DNA of 64,000 nucleotides from Deltaproteobacteria bacterium (GTDB lineage Bacteria; Myxococcota; Kuafuiibacteriia; Kuafuiibacteriales; Kuafuiibacteriaceae): NCBI GenBank assembly GCA_040218735.1, contig JAVJQW010000012.1, positions 1 to 64,000 of the forward strand, read 5' to 3'. Shown piece by piece: positions 60,203 to 64,000 of this stretch (position 1 is its first letter; each line of letters starts with the position of its first letter). The notes under the pieces were generated by a model. It saw only the letters and a program-made list of their open reading frames with translations, ran no database searches and was not told where the DNA came from. The position numbers and the translations under genes were made by a program.

Positions 60203-62962
60203 ATGATCGAATCTCGCCCGGAGGACCGCCCGCTCCACGATGACGTCAAATGGCTCGCCGGCAAACTCGGCGCCGTCATCGCCCGGTTGGAGGGCGAGAC
60301 GACGTTCGAAGCGGTCGAGCACCTCCGCGTCGCGTGCCGTTCGCGGCGCCGCGGCGAACAGGACGCCGCGACGCTCGACGCGCTCCTCGAACAGATCGAC
60401 GGCCTCCCGCTCGACGTCGCCGCGGGCGTGGCGCGCGCGTTCACGCTGTTCTTTCTGCTGATCAACACCGCCGAGCAGGTGCACCGCGTCCGCCGGCGAC
60501 GGAGCTACCAATCCGAAGACACGCCGCCGCAGGCCGCGTCCGCGCTGTGGGCGTTCTCGCGCCTCGCCAAGGAGGGCGTCGACGCGGCGGCCGCGCGCCA
60601 GCGCGTCGCTTCGCTCGCCGTGCGCCCCGTGCTGACCGCGCACCCCACGGAGTCCACGCGGCGCACGGTGCTCGCGCTGCAGGCGCGCGTCGCGGATGCG
60701 TTGCTCGCGCGCGACCAGGCGCCGCACTCCGAACGGCTGCGCCTCGACGAAGCCCTCGAAGCCGACATCGAGCTGCTGTGGCTGACGTCGGAGGTGCGCC
60801 GCGATCGCCCGTCGGTGCTCGACGAGATCAGCACTGCGATCTGGTACCTCGAGACCCGCCTCCTCGAGGCCGGCGCGCGGACGCAGGAGTCGATCGCGCA
60901 GGCGTTCCAAGAGGTGTTTGGTGAGCCGCTCGGTGTGCCCGTGCGCATCGAGCCCGGGAGCTGGGTCGGCGGCGACCGCGACGGCAACCCGTTCGTCACG
61001 CCGCAGATCACCGTGTCGGCGGCGCGACGCGCGGCGCGCGCGCAGGTCGCGCACTACCGGCGCAAGGTGCAGGGGTTGATCGAGCGCATCTCGATCTCCG
61101 CGCAGCTCGTGCCCTGCCCCGCCGCGCTGACCGCTTCGTTCGAGCGCGACCGCGATGACCTCCCCGACGTGTGGACGATCAATCGCCGTCGTGACGGCGA
61201 AGAGCCGGTGCGCCTCAAGCTCTCGTTCATCGCCGCGCGCCTCGGTCGCCTGGAGACGGCGCTGTCCGCGTTGGAGCGCGGGCGAGACGCCGACACCAAC
61301 GGCGCCTACGCGAGCGCCGCCGCGTTCCTCGCGGACCTCGAGCTGGTGCGCGAGGCGCTCGACGTCGCGCACGCGAAGAGCGCGCGGTCGGCGTGGCTCG
61401 ACCCGCTGATCGCGCAGGTCGCGCAGCTCGGCTTCGCCGGGTACCTCCTCGACGTCCGCGAAGACGCCGGCGCCCACGAGGCCGCGCTCGACGCCGTCAC
61501 GGAGGCGCTCCACCTCGACAAGCTCGACGCGGACGGGCTCCGCGCGGAGCTGCTCGGCCGGCGTCCGCTGGTGTCGGACTCGATCCCCCTCGACGACGCG
61601 ACGAAGAAGACCCTCGACGTGTTCCGCTCCATGCGGGAGGTGCACGAGCAGATCGATCCGCGCGCCGCTTCGACGTACATCATCTCGATGGCGAGCTCCG
61701 TCGAGGACCTCCTCCGGGTCCTCCTGCTCGCGCGTGAAGCCGGGCTGGTGGACCTCGCCTCCGACCCGCCGCGCTCGCAGATCGACGTGGTCCCGCTGTT
61801 CGAGACGCGCGACGACCTCGTGAACGCGCCCGACGTGCTCGCGGACCTCTTCGACGACGTCGCCTACCGTCGCCAGCTCGAAGCGCGCCACTTCCACCAG
61901 GAGGTGATGCTCGGCTACTCGGACTCCGCGAAGGACGCCGGCGTGTTGCCCGCGGCGTGGGCGCTGTACCGCGCGCAGGAGGAGCTCGCACGGGTCTGCA
62001 ACGAACACGGCGTCCACCTCACGATGTTCCACGGACGCGGCGGGACCGTCGGCCGGGGCGGCGGCTCGCCGGTGTACCGCGCGATGTCCGCGCTCCCGCC
62101 CAAGACCGTGCAGGGGCAGATCAAGGTCACCGAGCAGGGCGAGATCATCTCGCAGAAGTTCGGCCTGCTCCCGATCGCCGAGCGCAGCCTGGAGGTCCTC
62201 TTCGCGGGGACCCTCGTCGCGACGCGCGAGGACTGGCGCAAGGACCTGGAGAGCGACTGCGAGGCGAAGTACTTCGACGTGATGGACCGCCTCTGCAGCA
62301 TCGCGCTGCCGGCGTTCCGCTCCCGCGTGCACGAACACGACGCGCTGTTCGACCTCTTCATGCAGGCCACCCCGGTGCGCGAGCTCGCGCACGTGCACTA
62401 CGGCTCACGCCCCGCGTACCGCGAGCGCGGCTCCGGGAAGATGGAAGGCATCCGCGCCATCCCGTGGGTGTTCGGCTGGACGCAGATGCGGCTCATGCTC
62501 CCCGGGTTCCTCGGCGCCGGCTCCGCGCTGGCGACGGTGGCCGAGGAGCCGGGCGGGCTCGAGACGCTCCAGGCGATGGTCGCGAACTGGCCGTTCTTCG
62601 ACGACCTGCTCCGCAAGATCGAGATGGTCTGCGCGAAGGCGGACCTGGACGTCGCGCGCATGTACGTCGACCGCCTCGAAGGCGACCGCCCGCTCTTCGA
62701 CGAGCTGGAGGCGGAGTACCACCGCACCGTGAAGAGTGTCCTCGCGATCCGCGGCAAGCAGCGCCTCCTGGAGGACCACGCCGTGCTGCGCGCGGCGATC
62801 GATCTGCGCAACCCCTACGTCGATCCGCTGTCGCTCCTGCAGGTGTCGCTCCTGTCGAAGAAACGCGCGGGCGGCGCCACCGAGGTCACCCGCGCGGCGC
62901 TCGACGCGGCGCTCGGCACGACGCTGAACGGCGTCGCCCAGGGCCTGCGCAACACGGGCTGA
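60203..62962 (+). CDS. ppc: Phosphoenolpyruvate carboxylase
   Basis: VLTAHPTE, GSWVGGDRDGNP, VPLFET, QEVMLGYSDSAKDAG, FHGRGGTVGRGG, RAIPWVFGWTQ, GLRNTG. Confidence 0.98.
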   Translation: MIESRPEDRPLHDDVKWLAGKLGAVIARLEGETTFEAVEHLRVACRSRRRGEQDAATLDALLEQIDGLPLDVAAGVARAFTLFFLLINTAEQVHRVRRRRSYQSEDTPPQAASALWAFSRLAKEGVDAAAARQRVASLAVRPVLTAHPTESTRRTVLALQARVADALLARDQAPHSERLRLDEALEADIELLWLTSEVRRDRPSVLDEISTAIWYLETRLLEAGARTQESIAQAFQEVFGEPLGVPVRIEPGSWVGGDRDGNPFVTPQITVSAARRAARAQVAHYRRKVQGLIERISISAQLVPCPAALTASFERDRDDLPDVWTINRRRDGEEPVRLKLSFIAARLGRLETALSALERGRDADTNGAYASAAAFLADLELVREALDVAHAKSARSAWLDPLIAQVAQLGFAGYLLDVREDAGAHEAALDAVTEALHLDKLDADGLRAELLGRRPLVSDSIPLDDATKKTLDVFRSMREVHEQIDPRAASTYIISMASSVEDLLRVLLLAREAGLVDLASDPPRSQIDVVPLFETRDDLVNAPDVLADLFDDVAYRRQLEARHFHQEVMLGYSDSAKDAGVLPAAWALYRAQEELARVCNEHGVHLTMFHGRGGTVGRGGGSPVYRAMSALPPKTVQGQIKVTEQGEIISQKFGLLPIAERSLEVLFAGTLVATREDWRKDLESDCEAKYFDVMDRLCSIALPAFRSRVHEHDALFDLFMQATPVRELAHVHYGSRPAYRERGSGKMEGIRAIPWVFGWTQMRLMLPGFLGAGSALATVAEEPGGLETLQAMVANWPFFDDLLRKIEMVCAKADLDVARMYVDRLEGDRPLFDELEAEYHRTVKSVLAIRGKQRLLEDHAVLRAAIDLRNPYVDPLSLLQVSLLSKKRAGGATEVTRAALDAALGTTLNGVAQGLRNTG

Positions 62963-62999
62963 TGGACGGGGCTCGGCGCGGAGGCTAGCTTCGCCCGCG

Positions 63000-63254
63000 G
63001 TGGCGAAGAGCAAGACGGTCGAACGTGTTCAGACGGGCATGCGCATCGAGAAGCGCATGGTGAAGGTCCTCAAGGCGCTCGCCGAGTACCACGACATCAC
63101 GCTCGGCGATCTCGTCGAAGGCATCGTGCTGCACGCGTTCGAGGGCAAGGCGCCCTTCTCGCCCAAGTCGCGCAAGCTCATCCGCGAGCTCAAGAAGATC
63201 TACGAGATGGACTACGGGGCGGAGTCGGCGCACAAGCTGGTGGAGAAGCGCTGA
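63000..63254 (+). CDS. Small ribbon-helix-helix-like DNA-binding protein
   Basis: RVQTGMRIEKRMVKVLKALAEYHDITLGDLVEGIVLHAF strand-helix-helix pattern. Confidence 0.7.
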   Translation: MAKSKTVERVQTGMRIEKRMVKVLKALAEYHDITLGDLVEGIVLHAFEGKAPFSPKSRKLIRELKKIYEMDYGAESAHKLVEKR

Positions 63255-63615
63255 TTCGATCCGGCCACACGAACCGCCGCTTCGCACGCTCCGACCACAA
63301 CGTCTCGGGGCGGTAGTACTGCTCCAACACACTCGGCGCCCACGCGAACAAATCCGGATTCGCGGCGGCGAACGCCTCGAACGTCGGCTCGTCCCCGCGG
63401 CGATCCGCGATCAACAACACATAGGCCCACGTCACCGTGACGTGGAACTTGGGGACGTCCGCGAGGTGCTCCGCGAAGCGCTGCATCACGACCTCGGGCG
63501 GGTGGTGCGCGAGGTACGACCACGCGAGGCGAACGTGGTCCGCGTGGTGGAACGTGGCGCCGTCGAGGGTGCCGGACTCGAAGCGATGGATCAGGTCGTC
63601 GTCAGGCTGACTCAC
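63190..63615 (-). CDS. Hypothetical protein (FHH.DH.R.AW / FH.T.TW family)
   Basis: Conserved-looking FESGTL...FHHADHVRLAW, KFHVTVTWAY, F.A.NPDL, YY..ETL.S..A...FV.PD. Confidence 0.7.
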   Translation of the reverse strand: MSQPDDDLIHRFESGTLDGATFHHADHVRLAWSYLAHHPPEVVMQRFAEHLADVPKFHVTVTWAYVLLIADRRGDEPTFEAFAAANPDLFAWAPSVLEQYYRPETLWSERAKRRFVWPDRISASPPACAPTPPRSPSRRSS

Positions 63616-63637
63616 GGTACCAGTGTACCAAGGTACC
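63616..63637. promoter_or_regulatory. Three GTACC boxes at 8-bp period
   Basis: gGTACCagtGTACCaagGTACC directly upstream of the 63615 start codon. Confidence 0.5.
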
Positions 63638-63689
63638 GCGACGCTCGACAGTAGTTTCGCGCCGCCCGTCGTGGCATCGTCCCTCCGCG

Positions 63690-64000
63690 ATGAAGCTCGA
63701 CTACCCCGCCACCGGCCGAAACGGCGCCGCCATCGAGGAGGTCCTCACCGGCCGCCTCCCCGAAGAGGGCCTCGTGCTGGAGATCGCCAGCGGCTCAGGG
63801 CAGCACGGCCTACGATTCGCCCGCGCGTACCCCAAGCTGCGGTGGCAGCCCACGGATCCGGAGGACGAGGCCCGCGCGTCGATCGACGCCTACCGCGCCG
63901 ACGACGGGCCCGAGAACCTGCTCCCCGCGCTCCGACTGGACGTCACGGAGCTGCCCTGGCCAGTGGAGCGCGCCGACGCGCTGTTCTGCGCGAACATGAT
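63690..64000 (+). CDS. DUF938 (METTL26-like) SAM-dependent methyltransferase, truncated by the window end
   Basis: Manual translation MKLDYPATGRN..AI.EVL...VLEIASGSGQHG..FA...P.L.WQPTD...P.LRLDV...WP...D.LFCANM. Confidence 0.88.
   Translation, partial: MKLDYPATGRNGAAIEEVLTGRLPEEGLVLEIASGSGQHGLRFARAYPKLRWQPTDPEDEARASIDAYRADDGPENLLPALRLDVTELPWPVERADALFCANM

Noticed and set aside
58916-62398. 1160-aa minus-strand ORF
   Set aside because: Most of it is antisense to ppc; only the last approximately 290 aa is real, as the C-part of the frameshifted gene.

Overview
High-GC bacterial chromosomal DNA that looks like Myxococcota: many Cys-rich lipoproteins, MYXO-CTERM-like tails, PEGA proteins, Ser/Thr kinases and a Uma2 nuclease. 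About 50 real CDSs are present; most long ORFs in the track are antisense shadows. I found no rRNA, tRNA, CRISPR array, integrase or transposase. Recognisable genes include an Hsp70-family protein, an MFS transporter, a YprA/YprB (MrfA/MrfB)-like repair pair, a Ski2-like helicase, FKBP, TetR with an AurF-like diiron enzyme, M1 and M17 peptidases, an anthraniloyl/salicylyl-CoA monooxygenase, fghA and ppc. The best candidate for an undescribed system is at about 48.5-57.4 kb. A four-gene operon there encodes a lipoprotein with an aerolysin/ETX-MTX2-like but very long symmetric Ser/Thr beta-hairpin (about 70+70 residues), a PPC-domain lipoprotein, and two proteins that each carry a single TolC-like repeat, one fused to a BNR beta-propeller. 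Divergent from it are a Cys-rich PPC lipoprotein and a membrane HExxH protein. A shared CGACA-N2-TGTCG palindrome links these promoters to one just downstream of a Crp/Fnr gene. Other oddities: an MshEN-pseudokinase-TM fusion, a split LruC protein with TSP1 and fibrinogen-like domains, recurrent RDGG linkers, duplicated gene 3' ends and a homopolymer frameshift. All calls come from motif reading; no searches were run.
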